Positions 8,762 to 18,321 of a stretch of DNA of 22,304 bases are shown here, piece after piece. The DNA comes from Candidatus Krumholzibacteriia bacterium (GTDB lineage Bacteria; Krumholzibacteriota; Krumholzibacteriia; WVZY01): NCBI GenBank assembly GCA_036478295.1, contig JAZGDW010000212.1, positions 1 through 22,304 of the forward strand, read 5' to 3'. Numbering within the stretch: position 1 is the stretch's first letter; each line of letters starts with the position of its first letter. The position numbers and the translations under genes were made by a program. The notes under the pieces were generated by a model. That model was not told the origin of the DNA and did not search any database. It worked only from the letters and a program-made list of their open reading frames with translations.

Positions 8762-9871
8762 ATGGTGCAGCGCATAGAGCAAGACCTGAACAGGTTTCGG
8801 CAGATCGTCCGGGGCGTGGTCAAGAAAGAACTCAAGAAGTTCGTGACGACGGGTGAGCTGATCGGCAAGAAGGGCAAGGATCTGGTCAGCATCCCCATCA
8901 ACCAGATCGAGATCCCCAATTTCAGATACGAGACCCGCAAGCTCGGCGGCGTAGGTCAGGGCGACGGCGACCTGGGCACTCCCATTGCGGTGGGCGAAGA
9001 TGGCCAGGAGGGGGCCGGCGCAGCCGGCAACGCGCCGGGCCGCCACATTCTCGAGGTCGATATCACCCTCGAGGAACTGGCCGACATCCTGGGCGAGGAA
9101 CTCGAACTCCCCAAGATCCAGCCCAAGAACAAGAACTCCATCGCCGCCGAGAAGGACCGTTACACAAGCATCGCCCGCACCGGCCCGGAGTCCCTGCGCC
9201 ATTTCAAACGCACGTTCCGCGAGGCCCTGAAGCGTGAGATCGCCTCGGGCAACTACGACCCCAAACGGCCCATGGTGATACCGGTGAAGGAGGACAGGCG
9301 CTACCGTTCCTGGCGGACCACGAAATCTCCGGAGACCAACGCCGTCATCATCTACGTGATGGACGTGTCGGGGTCGATGGGGGACGAGCAAAAAGAGGTG
9401 GTGCGTATCGAGTCTTTCTGGATAGACACCTGGCTCAAGCGCCAGTACAAGGGTCTGAAGACGAAGTACATCATCCACGATGCGGCCGCACAACTCGTCG
9501 ACGAGGACACGTTTTTTCACACGCGGGAAAGCGGCGGAACGAGAATCTCTTCCGCCTACGAACTGTGCCGCAGCCTCATTCAGCAGGAACTCTCGCCGAA
9601 CGACTGGAATATTTACGTGTTCCATTTCTCCGACGGCGACAACTGGGGTGGGGGCGACACGGAACTCTGCCTCGAGATGCTCCGCAAGGACATCCTGCCG
9701 GCGGTCAACCTCTTCTGCTACGGGCAGGTGGCCAGCCCCTACGGCAGCGGCGCATTTATCACCGATCTGGCGAAAGCGTTCTCTGATGAGGAAAATCTTG
9801 TCCTGTCGGAGATCAATCGGCGCGAGGACATTTACAAATCAATCAAGGAATTTCTGGGAAAAGGAAAATGA
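8762..9871 (+). CDS. YeaH/YhbH (DUF444) family protein with vWA/MIDAS-like motif
   Basis: Gly-rich [52 protein letters not shown]; follows prkA. Confidence 0.93.
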   Translation: MVQRIEQDLNRFRQIVRGVVKKELKKFVTTGELIGKKGKDLVSIPINQIEIPNFRYETRKLGGVGQGDGDLGTPIAVGEDGQEGAGAAGNAPGRHILEVDITLEELADILGEELELPKIQPKNKNSIAAEKDRYTSIARTGPESLRHFKRTFREALKREIASGNYDPKRPMVIPVKEDRRYRSWRTTKSPETNAVIIYVMDVSGSMGDEQKEVVRIESFWIDTWLKRQYKGLKTKYIIHDAAAQLVDEDTFFHTRESGGTRISSAYELCRSLIQQELSPNDWNIYVFHFSDGDNWGGGDTELCLEMLRKDILPAVNLFCYGQVASPYGSGAFITDLAKAFSDEENLVLSEINRREDIYKSIKEFLGKGK

Positions 9872-11370
9872 TCGACCTCGACGAACTCAGACGCTGGATA
9901 AAGAAAATCGAAGGCCACGCGCGCAGCTACGGCCTGGATTTCTATCCAGTGATCTTTGAGATGGTGGCGTTCAAGCAGATGAACGAAGTCGCTAGTTTCG
10001 GCGGGTTTCCCGTGCGCTATCCGCACTGGCGCTTCGGCATGCAATACCAGTACATGGAGAGAAGTTACAAGTACGGGCTGCACAAGATCTACGAGATGGT
10101 GATCAACAACAACCCGTGCTACGCGTATCTGCTCGACAACAACAAGATGATCGATCAAAAGATGGTAGTCGCGCACGTCTACGCGCATTGCGATTTTTTC
10201 AAGAATAACGCGTACTTTTCGGTGACGAACCGAAAGATGATGGACGAGATGGCCAATCACGGCATGAGAATCCGTCGGTACGGCATGAAGTACGGCTACG
10301 AGGTGGTAGAGGATTTTCTGGACACCTGCTTCTCGCTGGAGAATCTCATAGACCCCGAGTCTGCGTTCCTGCCTTCCGGCGGCAGCGCGTACGACCGACA
10401 GGCGTTGAACGACGAGGACGACGCGATCACGGTTCCCAAGCTCAAGAGCAAGGGCTATATGGACTCGTACATCAACCCTCCAGATTACCTGCAGCGCAGG
10501 AAGGAAGAAATGGAAGAAGCGCGAAAGAGGGAGGGCGGGTTTCCCCCCAAGCCGGAGAAAGACATCCTGATGTTTCTCATCCAGTACGCCCCGATTCCGA
10601 CGTGGCAGCGCGACATCCTGTCGATGATTCGAGAGGAGAGCTACTATTTTGCGCCTCAGGCCCAGACCAAGATCATGAACGAGGGATGGGCCACGTACTG
10701 GCACACGAAAATCATGACGCGGAAGTGCCTGGACGATTCGGAGCTGATCGACTATGCGGACCATCAATCGGGCACGCTGGGCGTGCAGCCGGGTCAGATC
10801 AACCCCTACAAGCTGGGACTGGAGCTGTTCAAGGACATCGAATACCGCTGGGACAAAGGCCGCTTCGGCAAGGAGTACGACGAGTGTGATGACCTGGAAA
10901 CGCGCACGACATGGGATCTTGACCTGGGGCAGGGTCTCGAGAAGATCTTCCAGGTGCGGGCCATTTACAACGACATGAATTTTATTGATGATTTTCTCAC
11001 CGATGAGTTTTGCCGCGAACACAAGTTGTTTTCATACCGGTTGAACGAAAAAACCGGGATGTATGAAATCGATGACCGCAGCCTGGAAAAGATAAAGGAG
11101 AATCTCCTCTTCTCGCTCACTAATTCGGGGTATCCGTATGTTACCGTTGTCGACGGCAACTACGAGAACCGGGGTGAGCTGTACCTCAAGCACCGGCATG
11201 ACGGTGTCGACCTGCGCGTGGACTACGCCAACGCGACGCTCGAGCGTCTCTTCAAGATCTGGACCCGCCCGGTGCACATCCAGACCTGCGTGGGTGAGAC
11301 TGTACACGTCCGGTCCTTCGACGGATCCTCGCACAAGGAACGTACCATCACCGAAAAAACCGCGGCTTGA
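9868..11370 (+). CDS. spoVR: SpoVR/YcgB family protein
   Basis: [72 protein letters not shown] overlap with the DUF444 gene. Confidence 0.95.
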   Translation: MIDLDELRRWIKKIEGHARSYGLDFYPVIFEMVAFKQMNEVASFGGFPVRYPHWRFGMQYQYMERSYKYGLHKIYEMVINNNPCYAYLLDNNKMIDQKMVVAHVYAHCDFFKNNAYFSVTNRKMMDEMANHGMRIRRYGMKYGYEVVEDFLDTCFSLENLIDPESAFLPSGGSAYDRQALNDEDDAITVPKLKSKGYMDSYINPPDYLQRRKEEMEEARKREGGFPPKPEKDILMFLIQYAPIPTWQRDILSMIREESYYFAPQAQTKIMNEGWATYWHTKIMTRKCLDDSELIDYADHQSGTLGVQPGQINPYKLGLELFKDIEYRWDKGRFGKEYDECDDLETRTTWDLDLGQGLEKIFQVRAIYNDMNFIDDFLTDEFCREHKLFSYRLNEKTGMYEIDDRSLEKIKENLLFSLTNSGYPYVTVVDGNYENRGELYLKHRHDGVDLRVDYANATLERLFKIWTRPVHIQTCVGETVHVRSFDGSSHKERTITEKTAA

Positions 11371-11387
11371 TTCAATAGGCTCGCTAA

Positions 11388-11404
11388 TGGGAACGATACT
11401 TGCA
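11388..11404 (+). promoter_or_regulatory. Weaker second sigma-54-like element upstream of the hypothetical gene
   Basis: TGGGAACGATACTTGCA: GG(11390-91)-N10-GC(11402-03)A, about 25 bp before ATG 11429. Two mismatches in the -24 box. Confidence 0.3.
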
Positions 11405-11428
11405 TTGCACTACGCCGGTGGTGTAATT

Positions 11429-11960
11429 ATGGTATCCAGCGACAAACTGATACAGGCGCTCGAGGACGAGAAGGCGCGCGAAAAGCAACTGGCCTTCGGT
11501 TTTGCCGACCGCAAGGGGAAACGCCCTTATCGTCTGGACGTTCAGGAGAACGGTGTGCAGCTGCATCTCGAGGTGGAGGATTGCGACCGCCTGGGGATCC
11601 TGCTGAACACGGTTGAGGTTCGCTGCACCGACGGCGCACCGGAGTTCGAGGCGCACGTCTCTATTGAAAATCAGATTGACCGGATTACAAATGACATTCG
11701 CTGCCTTTCGGGGAATTTCCAGCTGATCGAGAAAGATACGACGTCTCCGGTAGCGATCCTCCGTACACCCCCGCCGAGCGACAATTCGTCGCACTATTTC
11801 GAGTTGGTTGTGCGAAGAGGTTCAGAACTGACCCTGCGGCACTTCACCGTAGGCGACACGGGCGTCCCGGCGTGCGTCGTCGGCCAACATCAGCATGGAG
11901 TCATTTCGCACGCTCATGGCGCACCTGGTCGAGGCAGTTTCTTCCACGGGGCGCGAGTAA
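11429..11960 (+). pseudogene. Uncharacterised ~177 aa protein, apparently frameshifted near 11850 (real lesion or sequencing error)
   Basis: Frame 2 gives a protein-like MVSSDKLIQALE...ILRTPPP...YFELVVRRGSELTLRHFTV. From 11853, frame 3 continues ATRASRRASSANISMESFRTLMAHLVEAVSSTGRE* (TAA 11958-11960), ending 17 bp before the convergent gene's stop. Frame 2 instead runs about 270 bp antisense into that gene. Confidence 0.65.
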
Positions 11961-11977
11961 ACAACCGGTCGGTGAAC

Positions 11978-13402
11978 CTACTCCGAGAAGACCTGGGCGC
12001 TGAAGACGTAGATACGGGTACGGTCGTCCTTCCAGGCGTCCCTTGGCAGGGCGCCCTTCTGACAGGTGTGCTCGAGAAAAGTGGTCGCGTCCCAGCCGTA
12101 CTCCCCAGCCACCTGCGGCAACAGCAGGCCGCGGTTGACCCCGTCATCGATGACCAGCCCGTGGTGCCCAACGCGGATGTCACCCACGTCCGTGATCTGT
12201 CGCAGCGGCGTCAGCACCGATATCTCGATTCTCAAATCCTGTATCTCTGATTGTGTGACGCGCGGAAAGCGCGGGTCGTGAAAGGCGGCCGCCCTGGCCA
12301 TTTCATCCACGACCTGGCGCAGCGGGCGGTCGGCTTCCAGGTTCCCGATACACCCCCTCAGGCGACTTCCACTCTTGAGAGTCACGAAGACACCGCGAGG
12401 TTCTTGCAAGATGGGCCATTCGCCAGCCGGCGGTTGTTCCACCGGCATGTCGAGGGCGCTCTCGATAGCGCCTCTGGCGTGCCGCAGCAACCAGGTTTGA
12501 ACGCCCTCGTCGAGCGCCGTTTGCTCCGCCGGTGGACCGGGAGTAGAGGCACCCTCTTGCGCCGTGACAACCGCGGCGGCGTATCCCACGACGCGATCGA
12601 GTTCACCGGTGATGTCACCGGAGTTGGCGACCGAGAGCACGGCGCACCGCACCGCGCCCAGGCTTCTGGCGGCGATAAGCGACGCGATGACGGGACCGGC
12701 CCCGCAGGCCTCACACTCGCCCTCCGCCACCGAGTCGTACAGGCGTCGCGGATCCATGCCCTCGAGCAGCTCGCAGAAAATAGCGTCTTTGCGCCGGGCG
12801 ACTTCATACGAGTAGAAATGCGAAAGGTCGGAACTGGCGACCACCGCGACGTCGGGCCGGGTAAGATGCGGGCCCAGGGCTTCTCCGAGGTCCTGGCAGA
12901 CGGACCAATCCTGGTCGCCCATCACGATCGGCACGATGCGAAAATCGCCGAGGACCGCCTGGAGAAAGGGCAGTTGTACTTCGAGTGCGTGTTCCTGGTG
13001 CGGGAGACCGGTCTGGATGTGTCCCTTTGCCGACCTGCGCACGCGCAGGCCGCCGCCGGCGACGCTGTCGGACAGCTCCTGGTCCACCTCGATACTGCCG
13101 AGTGGGGTCTCGTACGTGTCGCCGTCGAAAACCGAGGCGAACGGAAAATGTTCCATGTGTGACGGCGAGATGACGACCACCGTACGAACGGCCGTGCCCT
13201 GCAGGAGCCTATAGGCGTGCGCGGCGACCTGGCCGGAATACACGTAGCCGGCGTGCGGCGCCATGATGACGACCGGACGACCACGGGACGGCGTGGACTG
13301 CACGTTGTTCAAGAAGCGATCGATGTCACCGCGAAGCGTTTTGTCGTCGCCGGGATAAAAGCTCCCCGCAACAGCGGCCTTGCGGACCCGAGGGGTAGTC
13401 AC
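11978..13402 (-). CDS. AmmeMemoRadiSam protein B (Memo-like) fused to protein A (AMMECR1 domain)
   Basis: Memo motifs R.AAVAGSFYP, APHAGY.YSG, SPSH, EHALEVQLPFLQ, ASSDLSH, ACG, NSGD, VVGY. After a Pro/Ala linker, AMMECR1 motifs GVFVTL, LRGCIG, AAF.DPRF, EISVL, GLLLPQV, C.K. Start chosen at GTG 13402 (GGGAG RBS). Confidence 0.92.
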   Translation of the reverse strand: MTTPRVRKAAVAGSFYPGDDKTLRGDIDRFLNNVQSTPSRGRPVVIMAPHAGYVYSGQVAAHAYRLLQGTAVRTVVVISPSHMEHFPFASVFDGDTYETPLGSIEVDQELSDSVAGGGLRVRRSAKGHIQTGLPHQEHALEVQLPFLQAVLGDFRIVPIVMGDQDWSVCQDLGEALGPHLTRPDVAVVASSDLSHFYSYEVARRKDAIFCELLEGMDPRRLYDSVAEGECEACGAGPVIASLIAARSLGAVRCAVLSVANSGDITGELDRVVGYAAAVVTAQEGASTPGPPAEQTALDEGVQTWLLRHARGAIESALDMPVEQPPAGEWPILQEPRGVFVTLKSGSRLRGCIGNLEADRPLRQVVDEMARAAAFHDPRFPRVTQSEIQDLRIEISVLTPLRQITDVGDIRVGHHGLVIDDGVNRGLLLPQVAGEYGWDATTFLEHTCQKGALPRDAWKDDRTRIYVFSAQVFSE

Positions 13403-13477
13403 GGTTTCGGTCTCCCATCGATTCCGGAAAAGGGGACTCAGCGCATTATAGGCCGGGCCGACGCGGGCGCGCAAGGG

Positions 13478-14815
13478 CTACTGCAAGCGAAAGCCCTCGA
13501 ACTGTGACTGGAGCTCGTCGACGGGTTCCGCATCGACGCGACCCAGGTGTCCCGACGAACGGCTCGTCGCGAACCGGAGCTGACGAATCGGTTCCGTCAC
13601 GCCGCCGGCGAACCGGTCGACGACGTTGCCTCGCCGGTCGTACAGCGTCAGGCGAAAAGGCGGGGTGTCCAGGCCGTATGCTCCGGGTGAGGAGAGTGTC
13701 TCTGCCACAATTTCCCGGAACTTAAAATTCGCCAGGCGCTGGAGAAACAAGCGAACCTCACCCTGGTCGATGGCGCCGAGCCCCGGGTTCACGAACGACC
13801 AGTCTCCGTTGGATCGCACGATGGAGGTCGTCCGTCCCCGAATTTCCATCGTGATGCGGGCAAGCGAGTCGGCCACGAAATGCACCACTCTCCGGTCGCG
13901 CAGGTCATGGATGGTCTTGGCGAAGATTCCGAGCACCGCGGATTCGACGCGCGCGATGCGCGCGGAACCGTCGTGGACCCAGCAGCCACCCAGCGAATCG
14001 CTGCCGAAGACGAACGCCGCCAGGGAGTCGCCGCGCAGGCCGACGGTGACCGATCCCGAGGGAGCACTGAGGAGGCGGACCAGATTCGGGCCATCGGCGG
14101 GCAGCAGCCGGTCGGCGCGCATGGCGCGGAGACCGCCCAGGATACCCTCGATCTCGTCGGGTTCTCCGCGAATGGAATCCCGGCCAATGTACGCCGACCA
14201 CCGACCATTTTCTGCTTTCGACCACCTCAGCCGGCGCACCGGTGACGTAATGTCCAGCTGCGTGACATCTGCCACGCGAAACCCGACGACTTTCTTGTCA
14301 CGGTACTCGAATGGGGCTTGATGCGCGTAGCGCCGCAGCCCGGCGGGGACCAACAGCACCTCAGGCTCGTCGTCGCGCATGACGTAGCAGGACGATTTGG
14401 TCATGTTGAAATCACCGACCTTGACCAGGAGCGACTCGCGCGGCGTGGCAATACGCACCACCGCGCCGGGCCGGTCCAGGCCGTAGTCGGCGATCCGGGA
14501 TGGGGAGGGGTTGAGGCGCCTTTCGATGGTGCAGTTCAGCACCGTCCTCAGCATGACGTTCACCGCGGCCAGTTCGACCTTGTCCTGCACCGGTCGGGTC
14601 ATCCGCCACTCGTCATCGGAGCGGACGAGCTCGATGGTGACGAGCGTCCCCTCGATGACGAGCCGGGTAACGTCACGGGGCTCAATGTCGGTCAGGCGGG
14701 TCTCACCTTGACGCCGTTCGACGCTGCGCCGGTGGCGCGGTTGTTCTACGAGAAAATAGTAGAGGAGTCCCGCGGCGCTAACCAACAGCAGAATCCAAGT
14801 CGAGCGGAATCTCAT
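13478..14815 (-). CDS. DUF4340-type periplasmic protein with N-terminal membrane anchor (repeated domains)
   Basis: N-terminal TM (TWILLLVSAAGLLYYFLVE), W.MTRP, two YGLD.P motifs, and R(D)K/R boundaries between about three similar units. Typical position downstream of a GldG-like gene. Confidence 0.8.
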   Translation of the reverse strand: MRFRSTWILLLVSAAGLLYYFLVEQPRHRRSVERRQGETRLTDIEPRDVTRLVIEGTLVTIELVRSDDEWRMTRPVQDKVELAAVNVMLRTVLNCTIERRLNPSPSRIADYGLDRPGAVVRIATPRESLLVKVGDFNMTKSSCYVMRDDEPEVLLVPAGLRRYAHQAPFEYRDKKVVGFRVADVTQLDITSPVRRLRWSKAENGRWSAYIGRDSIRGEPDEIEGILGGLRAMRADRLLPADGPNLVRLLSAPSGSVTVGLRGDSLAAFVFGSDSLGGCWVHDGSARIARVESAVLGIFAKTIHDLRDRRVVHFVADSLARITMEIRGRTTSIVRSNGDWSFVNPGLGAIDQGEVRLFLQRLANFKFREIVAETLSSPGAYGLDTPPFRLTLYDRRGNVVDRFAGGVTEPIRQLRFATSRSSGHLGRVDAEPVDELQSQFEGFRLQ

Positions 14816-14831
14816 AGTAAGGTGAAGCGGG

Positions 14832-16385
14832 TTACGCGGTTCGTTTTCTTTTCATGAAAACGGTGGTGCCGAAACTGATCACGGCCAGGGGAAGCAACAC
14901 GACACATAACAAGAAAATGAATCGGCCCTGGCTGGCCGTGAGAAAAAGACGGTCACCGAGGTTCTCTTTTGTGCGGATGGCAATCAGGTCCTTTTCCTCG
15001 GCGAGGAAATTGACCGTGTTCAACAGGAGATCACCGTTTCCCAGCAAGCGGAACGAGCTGTTGGCGGCGAAATCCGAATCGCCGAACAACACGATCTTGC
15101 TCTCGTCGCTGCCCCCGTCCATTGGCTGTCCGTTCTCGTAGGTCTTGGTAGAGATCATGGCCAGGGCGATGGGTGCTGCAATGTCCTCGTCGTCCATCGA
15201 AGCGGTCCCGCGTTTGAAGCTGTCGAGGTCGATCTCACCCCAAGCGGACTTGCTGGCGAGTATCAAGTACTGGGCCCGGACGCCGGCGACGTCCGCTGCC
15301 GAAATGTTGACCGATCGCGCCACCGGAAACAGGGTGACCTCGTTCATCGGCAGGGTAATAGGGTGCTCGACATATTCCCGCACGACGGGCACCGTGAAAT
15401 CGCGTCCGGATACACGGCTGAAGGGATCGATGACCATATCCTGCTCGAGAAGGGCACGGTACCGGGCGAGCACTCCCTCGAGAAGCGGCAGCGTCTCGAC
15501 CGGGTCCATCATGAAAAGCGCGTTTCCCCCACCGGAGAGGTATTCTTCGATCTTCGTGATCTCTCCCCCCAGATAATCCTTCTTCGGACTGGCGATGATC
15601 AGGACCGCACAGTCCTCGGGGACCGACGGCTCTTCGAAGAGCGAAATGGTGCGCGCGATATAATTTTCCTTTTGGATCGCGCTCTTCATGATTGAGTAGC
15701 CGAAGGCCTCCTTGCTGGAGATGTCCCTTTCGCCGTGACCCCACACGAAATAGACCGCCTTTGCCTCTTCGCGCGTGAGCTTCAATATGGTGTTGGTAAG
15801 AATCTCCTCGGAAATGCGCGACAGGTGCTCGGACTTCTTGCCGTAACGCACGACGGTGGTGCCGGGAGTCTTCACCTCGAACTCTCGGGCCCGGGCCGGC
15901 CTCTGGTCCGGGTCGATTAACTCGTAGCGGATTCGCGAGGAATGGTGCCCGTATTGATCGAGCAGGCTTTCTGCATAGTCCCTCTCCACGGTGCCAGCGG
16001 CGAAGAACGCGAACAGCTCCAGGTCGCGCTCGAGACCGGCCAGTACGTTGAGGGTCTGCCCGGCGAGGCTGAAGCGTTTGTTGCGGGTCATATCGTAGCG
16101 GACGGCATGCCTCGCGGCCAGCGCCTGGATGATGACGACGATGCAACTGAAGAGGATGATAGCCGCGGCCATGTTGGCGCCGTGGCGGGAGGAGCGCCTG
16201 TTGAGGTAGCCGACGATCACTGTCAAATTGAGGCCGGCGAACGCGAGCAGCAGCACCAGGCCCGATGCCACGGCGGCGTATGTCAGGTTGCGCTGCGGAG
16301 AATTCACCGCGTACAGCCCTGCGCCGACAACGAGCAAAGCCAGCCCCGCGTAACCCAGCACCTGTGATACTTGCCGCCGGCTCAT
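14832..16385 (-). CDS. GldG-like ABC-type uncharacterised transport auxiliary protein
   Basis: Start MSRRQVSQVLG at 16385. Three N-terminal TM segments, RYDMTRNKRFSL..QT, IDPD..P, VYF..GHGE, GGNALFM.DP, HPIT, FGDSDF, N.DLLLN.VN.L, C-terminal TM. Confidence 0.88.
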   Translation of the reverse strand: MSRRQVSQVLGYAGLALLVVGAGLYAVNSPQRNLTYAAVASGLVLLLAFAGLNLTVIVGYLNRRSSRHGANMAAAIILFSCIVVIIQALAARHAVRYDMTRNKRFSLAGQTLNVLAGLERDLELFAFFAAGTVERDYAESLLDQYGHHSSRIRYELIDPDQRPARAREFEVKTPGTTVVRYGKKSEHLSRISEEILTNTILKLTREEAKAVYFVWGHGERDISSKEAFGYSIMKSAIQKENYIARTISLFEEPSVPEDCAVLIIASPKKDYLGGEITKIEEYLSGGGNALFMMDPVETLPLLEGVLARYRALLEQDMVIDPFSRVSGRDFTVPVVREYVEHPITLPMNEVTLFPVARSVNISAADVAGVRAQYLILASKSAWGEIDLDSFKRGTASMDDEDIAAPIALAMISTKTYENGQPMDGGSDESKIVLFGDSDFAANSSFRLLGNGDLLLNTVNFLAEEKDLIAIRTKENLGDRLFLTASQGRFIFLLCVVLLPLAVISFGTTVFMKRKRTA

Positions 16386-16387
16386 CC

Positions 16388-17158
16388 CTATCCCCTCCAC
16401 CGGTTGGACTCGAGTACTCTCGAGCAGAGAAACAAGAAGAACACGGACACGTTGACATAGTAGATCAAGTCGTTGCTGTCGACGACACCCCTGGCAAAGC
16501 TGTCCAAATGCCGCAGGATTGAGAGTTCGGTGACGATGCGTCCGGTGCTCTGTGAGACGAACGGGGTGATCCACCCGATGATGAGGAAGAAGAGCGCGCA
16601 GCCGAATGTCAGTATGCCGGCGACGATCTGGTTTTCGTTGAGCGATGAGAAGAACAGTCCCATGGCGATGAACGCCATTCCCAGGAGCAGGAGACCCAGG
16701 TAGCCGGTGGCGATCGGGCCCCACTCGGGGTCCGCGTACCTCGACAACAGGGCGGGGAAGACCAGCGTCAGACCCAGCATCACCACGAAGACGGTGACGG
16801 TGGCGAAATACTTCCCGAGGATCACGTCCCAGTCGGAAATGGGAAACGTGAACAGCAATTCGGCGGTGCCGCTCTTGCGCTCTTCGGACAGCAGGCGCAT
16901 GGTCAGCATCGGCATGGTCAACAGCATGACGATGCTCAGGTTGCCGAACAGGGGCTGGAATATTGCCTGGGTCATGTTCATCTGCTGGGCGAGCAGCGGG
17001 TTCTGCATGACTTGCATGGAGGCGAGATTGAAGAATGCGACGAGGTTGTAAAAGAAATACCCGCCAAGCCACACGAACATCATGATAACGACGTACGCCA
17101 CGATGGAGTTAAAAAAATAGGAGAGCTCCCGTTGGTATATGGTGAGCATTCGCGACAT
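16388..17158 (-). CDS. ABC-2 type transporter permease (GldF-like)
   Basis: REL..FF.S..AY, P.LTMRLLSEERKSGT.ELLFT.P, ILGKY, GLFFSSL.ENQIVA, H.DSF.RGV.D; about six hydrophobic helices. Confidence 0.92.
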   Translation of the reverse strand: MSRMLTIYQRELSYFFNSIVAYVVIMMFVWLGGYFFYNLVAFFNLASMQVMQNPLLAQQMNMTQAIFQPLFGNLSIVMLLTMPMLTMRLLSEERKSGTAELLFTFPISDWDVILGKYFATVTVFVVMLGLTLVFPALLSRYADPEWGPIATGYLGLLLLGMAFIAMGLFFSSLNENQIVAGILTFGCALFFLIIGWITPFVSQSTGRIVTELSILRHLDSFARGVVDSNDLIYYVNVSVFFLFLCSRVLESNRWRG

Positions 17159-18102
17159 TATTGTTCGTCCTCCCCGGTCACCAGCTGCACGAAGATGTCT
17201 TCCAGGCTGAGGTCGGCGGCGGCGAGCGACAGTAGACCGAAACCGTTGTCCGCCAGCGCCCGTGAAACCGCCTCGCGGATGTCCTTCCCAAGGTTCGATT
17301 CCACGCGCAGGCGGTGAATGTCCGTACCGCTCGTGCCGAGGTGCTCCACCGTCTGCGCGTCGGGCAGCGACCGCAAGCAGCGCATGACGCCCTCTCTGTC
17401 ACCACGCGCCTCCAGTTCGACAACCAAAGCCCGGCGGAGGCGGGACTTGAGATTCTCGGGCCGGTCCACGGCTACGAGCCGGCCCCGGTCAATAATGATG
17501 ACTCGATCGCACAACAGGCTGACTTCCGGCAAGATATGGGTGCTGAGAATGATGGTACGGTCACCGGCCAGTTTGCGGATCAGCTCGCGGATCTCGATTA
17601 TCTGGCGGGGATCGAGGCCCACGGTTGGCTCGTCGAGAATCAGCACCTCGGGGTCGTTGATGAGCGCCTGCGCCAGGCCGACCCGCTGCCGGTATCCCCT
17701 GGACAGGTTGCCCACCTGACGATGGCTGACCTCGGAGACACCGCACTGCTGCATTACCCGCTCGATGCTGGCCGCTCGGGTCTTGCGCGGCATTCCCTTG
17801 AGCTTGCCGACAAAGTCCAGGTAGTTCGTTACACGCAGATCACCGTACAGCGGAACGTTCTCCGGCAGATAACCGATGCGCCGCCTCACCTCGAGGGACT
17901 GCTCGAGGATGTCGAACCCGGCCACCCGGGCCGAGCCTTCCGTCGGCGGCAGGTAGCAGGTCAGCATCCGCATCGTCGTCGTTTTGCCGGCGCCGTTCGG
18001 CCCGAGAAATCCGAGGATCTCTCCCTTTTCGGCCCGGAAATTGATCTGCGACACGACCCGGTTGGAGCCGTAGTGTTTGCTGAGATTGTGGACTTCAATC
18101 AT
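17158..18102 (-). CDS. ABC transporter ATP-binding protein (GldA-like)
   Basis: Walker A GPNGAGKTT, signature LSRGYRQRVGLAQA, Walker B LILDEPTVGLDP, H-loop STHILPEV, C-terminal SLEDIF. Confidence 0.95.
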   Translation of the reverse strand: MIEVHNLSKHYGSNRVVSQINFRAEKGEILGFLGPNGAGKTTTMRMLTCYLPPTEGSARVAGFDILEQSLEVRRRIGYLPENVPLYGDLRVTNYLDFVGKLKGMPRKTRAASIERVMQQCGVSEVSHRQVGNLSRGYRQRVGLAQALINDPEVLILDEPTVGLDPRQIIEIRELIRKLAGDRTIILSTHILPEVSLLCDRVIIIDRGRLVAVDRPENLKSRLRRALVVELEARGDREGVMRCLRSLPDAQTVEHLGTSGTDIHRLRVESNLGKDIREAVSRALADNGFGLLSLAAADLSLEDIFVQLVTGEDEQ

Positions 18103-18124
18103 GGTGGTTTAGTAAGGTTCTTAA

Positions 18125-18154
18125 AAGATAATCATCCGCGCGAATCGCTGTCAA
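18125..18154 (-). promoter_or_regulatory. Putative sigma-70 promoter of the ABC/Gld-like operon
   Basis: Minus strand TTGACA(18154-18149)-N18-TATCTT(18130-18125), just upstream of ATG 18102. Confidence 0.6.
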
Positions 18155-18258
18155 TCGGCAAAACCCCGGTGGCACCCTGACACACTACGCGCCCGGCGGC
18201 GCAGCGACCGCCGCGAGCATGCGCGTGCCCTGCCGGCGCGCGACGGTCGAAAATAAGA

Positions 18259-18287
18259 TTGCACGGCGCGCGAAAGAAGCGTAACAT
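18259..18287 (+). promoter_or_regulatory. Putative sigma-70 promoter of the 18322 gene pair
   Basis: TTGCAC(18259-18264)-N17-TAACAT(18282-18287). Confidence 0.6.
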
Positions 18288-18321
18288 TCTGCCTGCTTGA
18301 CTCGTAACAGTAACAGAACAC

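Noticed and set aside
6687..11370. Evidence of endospore formation from prkA/yhbH/spoVR
   Set aside because: The trio is widespread in non-sporulating bacteria (E. coli yeaG/yeaH/ycgB) and no other sporulation genes are present here.
11138..12250. 370-aa ORF overlapping spoVR and the AMMECR1 domain
   Set aside because: The N-terminal part is an alternative frame of spoVR and the C-terminal part is an antisense shadow. Only about 11429-11850 looks like real protein in this frame.
13403..13474. N-terminal extension of the Memo-AMMECR1 fusion
   Set aside because: GTG 13402 has a GGGAG RBS and directly precedes the conserved R.AAVAG motif.
14832..17072. 746-aa ORF as a single long GldG-like protein
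   Set aside because: The first ~229 codons are an off-frame read-through of the permease gene with non-protein-like composition. The real start is ATG 16385, 2 bp after the permease stop.
13478..18102. Evidence of gliding motility
   Set aside because: GldA/F/G-like cassettes occur widely without gliding, and no gldK-N or spr genes are in the window.
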